53,611 bases of DNA from NCBI GenBank assembly GCA_964578935.1, contig CAZOEW010000001.1:1-53611 (forward strand), in the 5' to 3' direction. Within the stretch, counting starts at the first letter, position 1. Each line of letters opens with the position of its first letter. The translations under genes and the position numbers were made by a program. Shown here piece by piece: positions 23,098 through 33,823 of the stretch. The notes under the pieces were generated by a model. The model was not told the DNA's origin. It saw nothing but the letters and a program-made list of their open reading frames with translations, and made no database searches. Origin of the DNA: an uncultured Desulfobacterales bacterium. GTDB taxonomy: Bacteria > Desulfobacterota > Desulfobacteria > Desulfobacterales > SURF-7.

Positions 23098-25254
23098 ATG
23101 ATTCGAATAACAGACATACTGGATAAGGTCTCAGAGTATTATCCCGAGGCAGACCTTGACATCATTGATCGTGCATATGTCTATTCTGCCCGTGTCCATG
23201 CCGGGCAGGTGCGTCACTCCGGAGAGCCATACCTTTCTCATCCATTGGAAGTGGCCGGCATCTTGTCGGACATGAAGCTGGACAGTATCAGCGTGGCAGC
23301 CGCGCTGCTTCATGATGTAGTGGAAGATACGCATGCCACGGCAGAAGATATCAGGGAGATGTTTGGCCCTGAGACCGAACATATTGTTTCCGGTGTTACC
23401 AAGATCAGTGCCCTCACCTTTGATAATTCACAAGCACGCCAGGCTGAAAACATCCGGAAAATGATTCTTGCAATGGCGGATGACATCCGGGTGATTCTGA
23501 TCAAACTGGCGGACCGGCTGCACAATATGCGGACATTGGGGTATCATAAAAATCATGAAAAATGTGTTGCCATTGCCCAGGAAACACTTGATATCTATGC
23601 GCCTATTGCAGCCCGGCTGGGGATCTACTGGATCAAACAGGAACTTGAAAATATTGCATTTCAATATGCCATGCCGGATGAATACGAAAGAATTAAAGCA
23701 CTCATAAACAAAGGGGCTGCAGAGCGAGAAGAGTATGTCGCGACGATTAAGTCATACATCAAACACAAGATGGATGAAGCCAATTTAAAATGCGAGGTTG
23801 TGGGCAGATACAAGCAGTATTACAGTATTTATCAGAAAATGGTGCAGCAGAATCTGGAGTTTGAGGAGATATACGATATCAGCGCATTCAGAATCATTCT
23901 GGATACCATCCCCCAATGCTATGAGGCATTAGGGCTTCTTCATGCGTTATGGAAACCAATTCCAAAAAAGTTTAAGGATTATATCGGCGTGCCGAAATTA
24001 AATATGTATCAGTCCCTGCACACGACTGTCATTGGTCCTTTTGGCGAACGTATGGAGATTCAGATTCGAACAACTGAAATGGATAGAGTGGCGAAATCAG
24101 GAATCGCGGCCCACTGGAGCTACAAGGAGGGCAGAAGTTTTGATGATAAAACCGGTAAAACGTTTGCATGGATTCAGGATCTCGTTGAAAATCAGGAAAA
24201 TTTCAGAGATCCGAATGAATTTTTGGAGAATGTGAGAATTGACCTGTTCCCGGATGAGGTTTATGTGTTTACTCCCCAGGGAAAGATTATAACGCTTCCG
24301 AAGGGCGCAACACCGGTTGACTTTGCGTATCAGATTCATACCGAGGTCGGTAACCAGTGTACCGGTGCAAAAGTCAACGGCCGTATGGTTCCACTGCAAT
24401 ATCAATTGAAGACAGGTGACAGTATTGAGGTGATCACCTCCAAAGGGCACACCCCAAGTAAGGACTGGCTGAATTTTATTAAAACGGTAAAGGCTCGATC
24501 CAGAATACGTCAGTGGATCCGAACACAGGAAAAGGGGCGAAGTATTACCCTCGGACGGGAAATGTGTGAGAAAGCCTTTCGTAAAGAGCGCTTGAATTTT
24601 AATAATTTTTTGAAATCCGAAGAAATGGATAATATCGTTAAAGAGTTTGGATTCTCCGCAACAGAGGATCTGATCGCTGAGGTGGGATACGGTAAAATTA
24701 CACCATTACAGATTGTTCGGAAATTATTACCAAAATCGGAGGAAGAGTCCCATAAATCGGACGGATCGATTCTGAACAAGATTATTGGAAGGGTAAGAAA
24801 GAAAAAAAATCATGAAGGAATTGTTGTAAAAGGGCTGGATGATATTCTGGTCAAGTTTGGGAAATGCTGCCAACCGGTTCCAGGTGACAAAATTACAGGT
24901 TATATTACCAGGGGACAGGGGGTTACCATACACAGAGCCAACTGCATAAACGCTTTTAAAATGACACCTGAAAGGCAGATTGATGTTGCATGGGGGGGGG
25001 ATACGTCAGACACCTATCCGGTAAGAATCAGGATCCGTTCCCATGATCGATTTGGATTGCTTGCGGATATTACCGCAAGCATCAGTAAAAACAGCGCAAA
25101 TATTCTGCAGGCCTATACGGAAACCAAGGAGAATAAAATGGTCGACACCTTTTTTACCATTGCAGTTGAAGGTACCGACCATTTAAACAGGGTGTTGACT
25201 TCTCTCAGGAAGGTTAAGTTTGTTCAGGATGTTAAGAGGCTCGACAGCAATTAA
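23098..25254 (+). CDS. relA: bifunctional (p)ppGpp synthetase/hydrolase (RelA/SpoT homologue)
   Basis: 718-aa ORF with an HD domain ([14 protein letters not shown]), a synthetase domain (YKSLHT-like YQSLHTTV), and TGS and ACT C-terminal regions. Confidence 0.9.
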   Translation: MIRITDILDKVSEYYPEADLDIIDRAYVYSARVHAGQVRHSGEPYLSHPLEVAGILSDMKLDSISVAAALLHDVVEDTHATAEDIREMFGPETEHIVSGVTKISALTFDNSQARQAENIRKMILAMADDIRVILIKLADRLHNMRTLGYHKNHEKCVAIAQETLDIYAPIAARLGIYWIKQELENIAFQYAMPDEYERIKALINKGAAEREEYVATIKSYIKHKMDEANLKCEVVGRYKQYYSIYQKMVQQNLEFEEIYDISAFRIILDTIPQCYEALGLLHALWKPIPKKFKDYIGVPKLNMYQSLHTTVIGPFGERMEIQIRTTEMDRVAKSGIAAHWSYKEGRSFDDKTGKTFAWIQDLVENQENFRDPNEFLENVRIDLFPDEVYVFTPQGKIITLPKGATPVDFAYQIHTEVGNQCTGAKVNGRMVPLQYQLKTGDSIEVITSKGHTPSKDWLNFIKTVKARSRIRQWIRTQEKGRSITLGREMCEKAFRKERLNFNNFLKSEEMDNIVKEFGFSATEDLIAEVGYGKITPLQIVRKLLPKSEEESHKSDGSILNKIIGRVRKKKNHEGIVVKGLDDILVKFGKCCQPVPGDKITGYITRGQGVTIHRANCINAFKMTPERQIDVAWGGDTSDTYPVRIRIRSHDRFGLLADITASISKNSANILQAYTETKENKMVDTFFTIAVEGTDHLNRVLTSLRKVKFVQDVKRLDSN

Positions 25255-25445
25255 GGCGCTTTTACAACCAATCCTGACTTAATACAGTTGGTACAGACAT
25301 TGATTTTTTTTACGCTTCCGTTTTGAACCACAGCCCGCACTCGTTGAAGATTCGGGTTGAAACGGCGTTTGTTCAGATTATGAGCGTGGCTTACGTTGTT
25401 CCCTACCATCGGTTTTTTGCCACATATTTCACACATTTTTGACAT
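25251..25445 (-). CDS. rpmB: 50S ribosomal protein L28
   Basis: 64-aa ORF: [38 protein letters not shown]. Confidence 0.9.
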   Translation of the reverse strand: MSKMCEICGKKPMVGNNVSHAHNLNKRRFNPNLQRVRAVVQNGSVKKINVCTNCIKSGLVVKAP

Positions 25446-25618
25446 GATTTCGATCTCCCTTGCCTATCGATAAAGCATAATAAAAAGAATCAAATCTTTT
25501 ACAATAGAATATTTTATAAGTAAAGTCTTTTTTTAGAAGCGATCTTAAAAAAGGTTGTCGTGCATTCCCATCGTCAGGGCTTGGAAAGAATCCTCGGCTT
25601 TGAATACCGTTCCTGTTT

Positions 25619-26296
25619 CTACTCTTGTTCCTCTTGTTTTTTTTCAGCTTCAGCCGCCTCCAGAGCTGCTTCACAAAGTGAGATATGCTGAAGAGCGGTA
25701 CGATGCGTTCCAACATCCGGATAATCGGAGATTACGGCTTTAAAACGATACAGAGCGGCCTTATAGTGTTCCGTCTTGTAATAATAAAGCGCAACATACA
25801 GTTCGTTGCCCGCAAGGCTTTTAATACATTCATGTTTGTCTTCTTTTGCCTGGGGAACATATGAACTGTCCGGATAATACTTGATCAGCCGGTTAAATGT
25901 GTCAAGGGCTTTACGTGCAGGTGTCTGGTCTCTGTCGATGGTATCGACCTGGTTAAAATGGCATTGACCGATCTGGTAGACCGCATAAGGAGTTTTTTCA
26001 TTCCTTGGATGGAGATTTTCGAACTCTTCATAAGCAAAAACAGCATCCGCATATTCTTCAAGGTGATAGTAGGCATCTGCAATCTTAAGCTCAGCAACAA
26101 TTGCATACTTGCTGAATGGATACCAGTCTTTTAGATCTTGAAGGGATTGAATCGCTTTTCGGTAGCTCTCACTTTCATAGTGCGCAAGGCCTTCAGCAAT
26201 AAGCTCATCAGCTGTTTTTTCCTTCTGTGTCTCAAACCAGGCGCATCCGGAGAGAAACATGATGGATATGAGGAACAGGGTGGACAAGATTTTCAT
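25619..26296 (-). CDS. bamD: outer membrane protein assembly factor BamD-like lipoprotein (TPR)
   Basis: 225-aa ORF with lipobox LSGC at residues 15-18 and TPR-like repeats (YRKAIQSLQDL.., YADAVFAYEEF.., YKAALYRFKAVI). Confidence 0.75.
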   Translation of the reverse strand: MKILSTLFLISIMFLSGCAWFETQKEKTADELIAEGLAHYESESYRKAIQSLQDLKDWYPFSKYAIVAELKIADAYYHLEEYADAVFAYEEFENLHPRNEKTPYAVYQIGQCHFNQVDTIDRDQTPARKALDTFNRLIKYYPDSSYVPQAKEDKHECIKSLAGNELYVALYYYKTEHYKAALYRFKAVISDYPDVGTHRTALQHISLCEAALEAAEAEKKQEEQE

Positions 26297-26298
26297 GA

Positions 26299-27225
26299 TT
26301 ACACGCTTTCCAGATAATGCTCGGCTGCGGCAACAGAGATGACAGCGTCGCCGGCAGCGGTTGCGATCTGCCTTATGGGGGTGTTCCTGACATCGCCTGC
26401 CGCAAAAACCCCGGAGACGGAGGTTGCCATGTTTGTATCCGTTATGATGAAGCCGTTATCATCCCGCTGGATTTCATTTCCAAGAAAATCCACGTTCGGA
26501 TGCGTGCCAATCCAGATAAAGCATCCGTCTACGGGCAGATTTTTGGTTTCGTTGGTTTTAACGTGCTTGATGGTTATTTTTTCAACATGGGTAAGACCGG
26601 TGATTTCCGTCACAACCGAATCCCATACCAGCTCTATTTTTTGATTCGCAAACGCTCGTTCCTGTAATATTTTTTCTGCCCGCAGCTCATCCCTGCGGTG
26701 AATCAGATATACCTTCCTCGCGAATTTGGCCAGAAACTGGGTTTCCTGTACCGCGGTATCTCCTCCTCCGACAGCTGCGACTACACGATCTTTGAAAAAC
26801 GGGCCGTCACATGTTCCGCAGAAGGATACGCCTCTCCCGGAGAACTTGGCCTCACCGGGAACCCCGAGTTTTTTCGGAGATGCACCGGTAGCAATAATGA
26901 CCGCACGGGCAAGGAGCATTGCTCCATCCGATAGCGTAATCCGCTTTATCGGCTTTGAACAATCAAGAGACGAAACTTCTGCGGATTGAATCGAAAGATC
27001 AAACCGTTTTGCCTGATCGGTCATTCTTTGAACAAGTTCTGCGCCGGAAATTCCTTCGGGGAATCCCGGGTAATTCTCAATCCAGTCTGTAACAAGGATT
27101 TGGCCGCCCGGTGTTATTTTTTCGAGAAGGATCACTTTCATTCGGGCGCGTGCCGCATAGAGCCCGGCGGTCAGCCCTGCCGGTCCTCCGCCGATAATTA
27201 CCAGATCATGATCAACTTTATCCAT
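26299..27225 (-). CDS. trxB: thioredoxin-disulfide reductase
   Basis: 308-aa ORF with IIGGGPAG, redox CGTCDG (CxxC), GGGDTA and GVFAAGDV. Confidence 0.9.
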   Translation of the reverse strand: MDKVDHDLVIIGGGPAGLTAGLYAARARMKVILLEKITPGGQILVTDWIENYPGFPEGISGAELVQRMTDQAKRFDLSIQSAEVSSLDCSKPIKRITLSDGAMLLARAVIIATGASPKKLGVPGEAKFSGRGVSFCGTCDGPFFKDRVVAAVGGGDTAVQETQFLAKFARKVYLIHRRDELRAEKILQERAFANQKIELVWDSVVTEITGLTHVEKITIKHVKTNETKNLPVDGCFIWIGTHPNVDFLGNEIQRDDNGFIITDTNMATSVSGVFAAGDVRNTPIRQIATAAGDAVISVAAAEHYLESV

Positions 27226-27424
27226 ATTTCAGTGTCCTAATCCGGTCATGGCGGAGGCTCAGGGTCTTAGAATTCGGAGCTGATATCGTTTTACAATACC
27301 GATCGATTTTGTTCGGGATCCGTCCGGGATTCCGGTGGTTGATAATTTTTTTCCGTGTGCTTTTTTGATTAACGTGTGTGGACGCAAAGAGTATGCAGCA
27401 AGAAGCATGGTTGTCATACTCGAA

Positions 27425-27751
27425 TTAAAGCATCTTGTTGATCGTTTCTTCCAGCTTTGCCTTTGCAACCATACCCACGATCTGCTCGAAGACTTTACCG
27501 TCTTTAAAGAATATCAAGGTAGGTATTGAACGTATTTCAAATTTGCCGGGTGTGACCGGATTGTCATCAACATTGCATTTAACGATTTTTATTTTGTCTC
27601 CCAGGGTGCCGGCAAGTTCTTCCAGCAGGGGGGCTATTGCGCGGCACGGGCCGCACCAGGGAGCCCAGAAATCAACCAGTACGGGTTTCCCTGAGTTCAA
27701 CACTTCAGTATCAAAGTTGCTGTCATTTATTTCAAAAATTCCTTCTGCCAT
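27425..27751 (-). CDS. trxA: thioredoxin
   Basis: ORF 27425-27805. The likely start is the internal M ([13 protein letters not shown]). WAPWCGPCR active site. Confidence 0.9.
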   Translation of the reverse strand: MAEGIFEINDSNFDTEVLNSGKPVLVDFWAPWCGPCRAIAPLLEELAGTLGDKIKIVKCNVDDNPVTPGKFEIRSIPTLIFFKDGKVFEQIVGMVAKAKLEETINKML

Positions 27752-28144
27752 AGCCTGTAATCCTTTCGGTTGTGAATAGTATTTTTGCGCTGAACATAGT
27801 ATCAAAAAGCCTTTTTGTCAACCTTTGGCGGTCGTGGGAATCAGTCGTATTGTTTGAATTCCGACTTATGGTTTCAAAGAACAGCCGCGTTCCAACCCAT
27901 CCATATTAAAAACGCAATATTGTTTGGAAATATTGATTGAAATGCGGAAGTGTGTTTATATGATTCTTTTATATCTGTTTCGCTGCATGGAATGTTGAAT
28001 TTTCAATCCATAAAAAATTCTGAGTTTCGGTTGTGAAATTCCATTAGCATCTTGATTTTGAACATAATAATGAACCTGTTGGATTTGAAAAAAATTTGTA
28101 AAAAAAGCCCTGTTCCTTTCCGGCTTTTTGAAAGGTGAGTTGAG

Positions 28145-29212
28145 ATGGCAACAGATTTTCAGGCAAATGCCTTACCTGCTCTGATCGGAAGTTTTCCCCT
28201 GAACGATCATGGAGAAGCGATAGAGCTGGTTTTGAAATATACCCCTGAGATACCTCTCTGGGTTCAGCTTCCCTCACATAAAGAAGAGGGCATGATGGTG
28301 CAGTTTTTGTCCGGGATGCCGGGTCTGATAAAACAGGGAGAGAAAACATTTGTTAACACGGACAAAGAAACGTTTGAGTCAGAGCTGCTTGAATTTTATG
28401 AAGAGTTTCTGTCCGTTACAGATGGAGAACAAGATCTTGTCAACTCGAGGTTCAGACTTGAAACCAGCACAGCCGCAGGTTTTTTTGAATTTTTGCGCAA
28501 ACTGGAAAAGACGGACATTCAGCCTGTGGCCCTGAAAGGGCAGATAACCGGACCGGTTACACTGGGAACCGGAGTTGTCGACCAGAATGGCAGGGCGATA
28601 TTTTATGATGAACGGCTGCGGGATGCCACGGTCAAACTCATTGCCCTGAAAGCAAGATGGCAGGTTCGTAAGCTTAAAAAATTCGGCTGTCCGGTGATCC
28701 TTTTTTTTGACGAGCCGGCATTGACAGGTTTTGGATCTTCAGCCTTTATCAGCATATCAGCGGAAGAGATATCAGCCTGTTTTGACGAGGTGATCGATGC
28801 TGTACACGCCGAAGGGGGGATTGTCGGAATACATGTATGTGCGAATGCCGAATGGTCCCTCATTCTGGACTCTTCTGCGGATATTGTCAGTTTTGATGCA
28901 TATTCCTACTTTGACAAATTTGTTCTTTATCCGGAGCAGATCAGAAAATTTATGGCCGCAGGTGGTATACTGGCATGGGGAGTCGTTCCGACATTAAATC
29001 CGGAAGACCTGAAAAAAGAGACGGCAGATTCTTTGACAGCGCTTTGGGAAGAGAGAGCCGGTGGGATAGAAGCTCTTGGGATCGATGCTTCCGTTATAAC
29101 CGCCCAATCTTTGATTACACCCAGTTGCGGAACCGGTTCGCTAAGTTTGGATCAGGCGAAAACTGTATTGCGGCTTACACAAGAAGTATCCCGAAACATC
29201 AGAAATCGTTGA
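28145..29212 (+). CDS. MetE/UROD-like Zn-dependent (thiol) methyltransferase family protein, short 'core' form
   Basis: 355-aa ORF with ITGPVTLG, ILFFDEPALTG, GIHVCAN (HxC) and ITPSCGTG. These resemble the substrate/Zn-ligand motifs of the cobalamin-independent methionine synthase C-domain and MtaA-type enzymes. Confidence 0.5.
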   Translation: MATDFQANALPALIGSFPLNDHGEAIELVLKYTPEIPLWVQLPSHKEEGMMVQFLSGMPGLIKQGEKTFVNTDKETFESELLEFYEEFLSVTDGEQDLVNSRFRLETSTAAGFFEFLRKLEKTDIQPVALKGQITGPVTLGTGVVDQNGRAIFYDERLRDATVKLIALKARWQVRKLKKFGCPVILFFDEPALTGFGSSAFISISAEEISACFDEVIDAVHAEGGIVGIHVCANAEWSLILDSSADIVSFDAYSYFDKFVLYPEQIRKFMAAGGILAWGVVPTLNPEDLKKETADSLTALWEERAGGIEALGIDASVITAQSLITPSCGTGSLSLDQAKTVLRLTQEVSRNIRNR

Positions 29213-29343
29213 TCTGTGGATGCTATACGCTGTCATGTTTTGTAGAAGTTGGATGATGAAGCGAAAATCAGATAAATTGTTGATCCGAATACGCGGATAC
29301 CGGAGAATCTTATTTTATTAAAATTATAGGATATGAGGTTTTT

Positions 29344-30201
29344 ATGACAGACACACACACGTTACAAAACCGTTTTTCAGGAGCAAGACGTTACATTCTG
29401 GATGAGGAACTTGCTAAAATTGTTAATATTTCCATGGCACTTGAAATGCCTCTTCTTCTAAAAGGAGAGCCCGGAACCGGGAAAACCATGCTGGCGCATG
29501 CAATTGCAGAAAATTTGAAGATGCCGCTGATCGTTCTGAATGTAAAATCAAGCATGAAGCTGGTAGAGGCCCTTTACCAGTACGATACCCTGACACGATT
29601 AAATGACAGTCGTTTCGGGGATTCAAGCCGTGATGTAAGCAATATTGAAGACTATTTGAGAATGGGTAAGATCGGACAGGCGTTTACCGCTGAAAAAAGA
29701 ACCGTTCTTCTGATCGATGAAATCGACAAGGCAGATACGGATTTTCAGGATGACATGCTGGATGTTCTGGATCAGATGCAGTTTGACATCATTGAGACCG
29801 ACAAAACCATCTCCGCAAGATATCGACCGGTTATCATCATCACATCCAACGCAAAGAAGGATTTGTCCGACCCTTTTCTTGGAAGATGCAATTTCCATCA
29901 TATCGCATTTCCGGATCCGAAAATGATGCGTAAAATTATAGGCGTTCATTTCCCGGATATCGATGATACGCTGGCTGAAAATGCCATATCGACTTTTTAC
30001 CGGCTGCGCGATCTTGATGCAATTGAAAAACGGCCTGCAACCAGAGAGCTGATCAACTGGATTCGGGCATTGCAGGCGGATTCGGATTTTAAGCCGAAAG
30101 TGCTGGCAAAGGGTGAGGTCCCCTATCTGGGTGTTTTATTTAAAAAAAGCCAGGACCACTCTCGCGCCCAGGATGGTTTGAACAGACGTGGACGGTTTTA
30201 A
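29344..30201 (+). CDS. MoxR/CoxD-like AAA+ ATPase
   Basis: 285-aa ORF with Walker A GEPGTGKT, Walker B LLIDEIDK and ITSNA (sensor 1). Confidence 0.8.
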   Translation: MTDTHTLQNRFSGARRYILDEELAKIVNISMALEMPLLLKGEPGTGKTMLAHAIAENLKMPLIVLNVKSSMKLVEALYQYDTLTRLNDSRFGDSSRDVSNIEDYLRMGKIGQAFTAEKRTVLLIDEIDKADTDFQDDMLDVLDQMQFDIIETDKTISARYRPVIIITSNAKKDLSDPFLGRCNFHHIAFPDPKMMRKIIGVHFPDIDDTLAENAISTFYRLRDLDAIEKRPATRELINWIRALQADSDFKPKVLAKGEVPYLGVLFKKSQDHSRAQDGLNRRGRF

Positions 30202-30266
30202 ACACTTCCGATCATGTTGATTTTTCAGAGAGAAGTTGTTCCGCATGGATAAAAGAGAAATAGACT

Positions 30267-31457
30267 ATGTTCATCGATTTTTTTTATAAGGTAAAGGACT
30301 ACGGAATCCCTGTGAGCCCGACTTCATTTTTGACACTTCACAGGGCCTTAAATACAGGTCTGATTGAATCGCTTGAAGACTTTTATACCGCCTCCCGATC
30401 CATTTTGATCAAAAGTGAACGATATTTTGATCTGTTTGATCAGATTTTTGCTCATTATTTTCAGGGGGTCGAGCTCCCTGATTATGAGGGGTTTGAATTG
30501 GATGAGATGGCAAAGGCGATGCTTGAACATTGGCTGAAAGATCCGGAGTCGATTGCCGAAGCTCTTGGCATGGATGAGTCTGAACTCAACAAAATGACGC
30601 CTGATGAACTCATTGAATATTTCAAGAAACGCCTTCAGGATCAGTCCGAGCGTCATGACGGCGGAAATAAATGGATTGGAACCGGCGGAAGATCGCCTGT
30701 GGGGCACTCCGGTTATCATCCCGGTGGAATGCGGGTGGGAGGCGTTTCACGAAACAAGTCCGCTGTAAAGGTCGCCATGGAAAGACGTTACAGGGATTAT
30801 TCCCTGGAAGGCCCCTTGACCGAATCCATGATGGGTGAAGCCCTGAAAAGGCTTCGCAATCTGATACCGGCTGGGCCGATGGATCAGGTGAATGTAGATG
30901 AAACAATCTATCAAACCATGAAAAACGGAGGCGAGATTGAAATTGTTTTTGAGCGTGACCTGAAAGATCGTCTCAAGGTCATTCTTGCGATTGATAATGG
31001 CGGATGGTCCATGGATCCTTATATTTCAATCGTTCAAACGCTTTTTGACTATTCACGGGCTCAATTCAAGGATCTGAAAACCTATTTTTTTCATAACACG
31101 GTTTACGATACCGTATGGGAGGATCCTGCGCGTCTGAGAAAACCGGTCCGTTTGGATGATCTGGCAAAAAGGGATCCTGAAACCCGCCTGATCATGGTTG
31201 GAGATGCGAGCATGGCTCCCTATGAGTTGATGGCAAGGGACGGCTCTCTTTATATTAACGAACGAAGCGGCAGGCCCGGCATCGAGAGTTTGATGTTCCT
31301 GGCTGAAACGTTTAAACACAGTGTATGGCTTAATCCGGCTTCAGCCCGGATATGGAATTATACCAGCACCATCAAAACCATCAGCAATATTTTTCCGATG
31401 TTTGAACTATCTATCGACGGCCTGGAGAAAGCCGTCAAGCAGTTAATGATAAAATAG
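30267..31457 (+). CDS. VWA domain-containing CoxE-like protein
   Basis: 396-aa ORF. It has a CoxE-like N-terminus (FFYKVKDYGIPVSPTSFLTLHRAL), a C-terminal VWA-like core (LAIDNGGWSM..MVGDASM), and sits adjacent to the MoxR ATPase. Confidence 0.7.
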   Translation: MFIDFFYKVKDYGIPVSPTSFLTLHRALNTGLIESLEDFYTASRSILIKSERYFDLFDQIFAHYFQGVELPDYEGFELDEMAKAMLEHWLKDPESIAEALGMDESELNKMTPDELIEYFKKRLQDQSERHDGGNKWIGTGGRSPVGHSGYHPGGMRVGGVSRNKSAVKVAMERRYRDYSLEGPLTESMMGEALKRLRNLIPAGPMDQVNVDETIYQTMKNGGEIEIVFERDLKDRLKVILAIDNGGWSMDPYISIVQTLFDYSRAQFKDLKTYFFHNTVYDTVWEDPARLRKPVRLDDLAKRDPETRLIMVGDASMAPYELMARDGSLYINERSGRPGIESLMFLAETFKHSVWLNPASARIWNYTSTIKTISNIFPMFELSIDGLEKAVKQLMIK

Positions 31458-31544
31458 GGGGTTCAGACCCCGGAAAGAATATATGGCTTTTGTAAAAACC
31501 ATTAAGATATTATTGCCCATCAGCCTGCTGCAGGAGACTTTCAC

Positions 31545-32855
31545 GTGCCGGATATGAAAAAGCTGGCGGAATTGATGAGAGAACTGGAAGCGAGCCTCAG
31601 CATTTGTACCCGTTGCGGCATGTGTCAGGCGGTTTGTCCGCTGTTTCTGGAAACCGGCAGGGAGGCGGATCTTGCCCGCGGCAAACTGGCTCTTCTGGAT
31701 GGTTTGATACAGGAACTGTTTAAAAACCCTGACGGGGTTTCCGAGCGTCTGAACCGTTGCGTTTTATGCGGCTCGTGTGAATCCAATTGCTCCAGCGGAG
31801 TCCATGTTCTTGAAATTTTTTTCAAGGCTCGTGAAGTGATTTCGGGTTTTCAGGGCCTGTCCGCAGCAAAAAAAATGGTTTTCCGGCAGATGCTGGCACG
31901 GCCTGAAACTTTTGATCTGCTCATTTCCTTTACGGCAAAGTTTCAAAATCTGTTTGCCAGACCGGTTAACCGGGAACTTGGAACATCCTGCGCCCGTATC
32001 TTTTCTCCTTTGTTGACCAGTCGTCATTTCATCCCGCTGGCACCGGAGCCGTTTCATAAAAAAATACCGTTTATGGATACGCCTCCCGGAAAATCAGGCC
32101 TTCGCGTGGGTTTTTTTGTCGGCTGCCTTCTGGACAAGATGTTTCCCGGTATTGCGGAAGCTACAATAGAAGTACTTCAACATCACGGCACAGGCATTTG
32201 GCTGCCTGAAAATCAGGGATGTTGCGGCATCCCTGCAATCAGCGAAGGAGATTCAACCGCATTTGAGCGCCTGGTGCGGCATAACATCGATCTTTTTGAT
32301 GCGGGCAACATTGACTATCTGATCACGTCATGCGCAACCTGCACGTTTACGATCAAGAAAGTCTGGCCCATGATGGTTGCGACGGCTACCAGGGAGATGC
32401 GGTCCAAAATGGAACGACTTTCCCAAAAAACACTGGATATCAGCCAGTTTCTGGTTTCAATTCTCGGTGTATCCAAAGATGAAGAACAACGGTCATGTCC
32501 AACACGAAACATTACCTATCATGATCCCTGTCATCTTAAAAAATCATTGGGAGTTTGGGCTGAACCAAGAGTTTTGATCAATGCTGATTCCAGCTCGTTT
32601 CTGGTTGAAATGCTTGAAGCGGATCGCTGTTGCGGCATGGGGGGAAGCTTTAACCTTCATCACTACAACCTCTCGTCGGAAATCGGGAAAAAAAAGGCTT
32701 CCCGCATCCTGGACACCGGGTGCCGGATCGTTGCCACCAGTTGTCCTGCCTGCATATTACAGTTGTCTGATGCCCTTTCAAAATCCGGAAGCAAGATCGG
32801 TGTAAAACACGTGATTGAAATCTACAGAGATTCGATTATGAATCGTGCTCAATAA
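31545..32855 (+). CDS. (Fe-S)-binding protein, GlcF/LutA/HdrD-like with two 4Fe-4S motifs and two CCG domains
   Basis: 436-aa ORF with CTRCGMCQAVCP, CVLCGSCESNC, two Cys-rich CCG-type repeats (GCCGIP.., CCGMGG..) and SCPAC. Confidence 0.8.
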   Translation: MPDMKKLAELMRELEASLSICTRCGMCQAVCPLFLETGREADLARGKLALLDGLIQELFKNPDGVSERLNRCVLCGSCESNCSSGVHVLEIFFKAREVISGFQGLSAAKKMVFRQMLARPETFDLLISFTAKFQNLFARPVNRELGTSCARIFSPLLTSRHFIPLAPEPFHKKIPFMDTPPGKSGLRVGFFVGCLLDKMFPGIAEATIEVLQHHGTGIWLPENQGCCGIPAISEGDSTAFERLVRHNIDLFDAGNIDYLITSCATCTFTIKKVWPMMVATATREMRSKMERLSQKTLDISQFLVSILGVSKDEEQRSCPTRNITYHDPCHLKKSLGVWAEPRVLINADSSSFLVEMLEADRCCGMGGSFNLHHYNLSSEIGKKKASRILDTGCRIVATSCPACILQLSDALSKSGSKIGVKHVIEIYRDSIMNRAQ

Positions 32856-33142
32856 CTATATTGAATAATAGAATATTTTATATCATATACTTCGAAGTAA
32901 TGCCCGATACGAGATACAGATTACCTATAAGCGAGGATCTGAAGATCTGGTCGATTATTTAGGGTGTGTTCTTCGGGATCAGGGTTTTCGCATTTCTACC
33001 TGGACAAATATCGATAAGAAACCCGATGATTTTCGAAGCTCCAGCGGATAGTTTCATCATTCATCCCTGAATCGATCTAAAAAATTTTTTTCGTGAACAA
33101 AAGATAGCTGCCGTTGTCAGGCTTTGAGGTGAGAAATTGGAA

Positions 33143-33766
33143 TTATTCCTGCAGCAATGATTCAATTTCGCTCAGGCTTTTAATATGGATATCTGCTGAA
33201 AGGGATGGATTGTTATAGGCAACAAAGGGAATCCCCGCTGCCAGGGAGGCCTGTTCGTCGACTTCGGAGTCTCCGATGTAAATCATATTATCGGGAAAGA
33301 CGTTGAAGTGATTCATAATTTTTAGCAGTGGGTCCGGGAAGGGTTTTGGGTGATCCACATCACGGGCGGAAATCACGAGGTCAAAATATCCTGCAAGATC
33401 GTGCTCAGCCAGAACACGATCCATGGTGTCGGAACGGTTTGTCGCAATCGCTGTTTTATATTCAGGCCGGAGCTTTTTCAGTAGCGGTTTCAGGCCGGGT
33501 TCAATCTCCATATAGGGAATCAGGGAAAAATAGTTTAATGTTTTGCGAACCTCATCAGCTTGCTTTCGGATTTCCCTGTTTTTAAAAAGATAGTCCAGGG
33601 AAGCATCCACCGTGTGCATATGGGTGTAGGCAAACTGATCTGCCGTCATGGGAGGCATGTTGAAATGCTCCAGAATCCGATTGTAATACGTCATGTTTGA
33701 TTTTGTCGTATCAAACATGACGCCGTCGCAGTCAAAAGCAACCACTTTAATCTTTGTCAGTTTCAT
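33143..33766 (-). CDS. HAD-superfamily hydrolase (phosphoglycolate phosphatase-like)
   Basis: 207-aa ORF with VAFDCDGVMFDT (DxD motif I), ATNR (motif II) and YIGDSEVD (motif IV). Confidence 0.8.
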   Translation of the reverse strand: MKLTKIKVVAFDCDGVMFDTTKSNMTYYNRILEHFNMPPMTADQFAYTHMHTVDASLDYLFKNREIRKQADEVRKTLNYFSLIPYMEIEPGLKPLLKKLRPEYKTAIATNRSDTMDRVLAEHDLAGYFDLVISARDVDHPKPFPDPLLKIMNHFNVFPDNMIYIGDSEVDEQASLAAGIPFVAYNNPSLSADIHIKSLSEIESLLQE

Positions 33767-33823
33767 TGGATTATCAATCTTGGGGGGATTGCGTTTTCGT
33801 TCGTTTCCGATTCAGAACGATTT

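Noticed and set aside
27226-27424. 199-nt trxA-trxB spacer with a 7-bp hairpin (GAGTATG..CATACTC) and the 69-aa ORF 27259-27468
   Set aside because: The hairpin is weak and the ORF overlaps the trxA 3' end with no motifs. This is most simply an intra-operon spacer.
27806-28144. Possible SAM or B12 riboswitch upstream of the MetE-like gene
   Set aside because: The 340-nt region is AT-rich. I could not find a B12-box or SAM-I-type helices, only short scattered inverted repeats.
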